Assembly: GCA_951804945.1 (NCBI GenBank)
Contig: OX638151.1
Coordinates: forward strand, 78,306,001 to 78,370,000
DNA length: 64,000 nt
DNA from: Podarcis cretensis
Taxonomy: Eukaryota
Direction: 5' to 3'
Shown here: one piece after another, positions 63,991 through 64,000 of the stretch
Layout of the letters: each line of letters starts with the position of its first letter
Numbering within the stretch: position 1 is the stretch's first letter
Notes under the pieces: generated by a model
What the model was told of the DNA's origin: nothing
What the model saw: only the letters and a program-made list of their open reading frames with translations
The model's database searches: none
Program-made: the position numbers and the translations under genes

Positions 63991-64000
63991 AAAAGAAGCT

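Overview
Vertebrate genomic DNA, almost certainly from a squamate reptile and probably a lacertid lizard (inferred from Sauria/Squam1- and Squam3-type SINEs). It holds two convergent genes. (i) The last six coding exons of FBXL4 are on the + strand (1205-19860). All have canonical AG/GT ends and consistent phases, and one 72-bp exon is absent from the ORF track. (ii) The intronless class III POU gene POU3F2 (Brn2) is on the - strand (49181-50479, 432 aa), in a CpG island with a CCAAT/TCF promoter. The rest is intron and intergenic DNA with SINEs, pogo/Tigger and hAT MITEs (several with target-site duplications, one nested in a SINE), CR1/L2/Penelope fragments, many ~90-bp palindromic elements, a 3x77-bp tandem repeat, orphan CpG islands, motif-dense candidate enhancers and a 129-bp assembly gap. 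I found no new multi-gene system. The best leads are regulatory or evolutionary: an out-of-frame uORF with two hairpins overlapping the POU3F2 start; long polyG/polyQ tracts in a reptile POU3F2; three Tigger-like MITE families with one scaffold but different repeated motifs; a cluster of palindromic elements around and within the POU3F2 3'UTR; and candidate POU3F2 enhancers, including inside FBXL4 introns.
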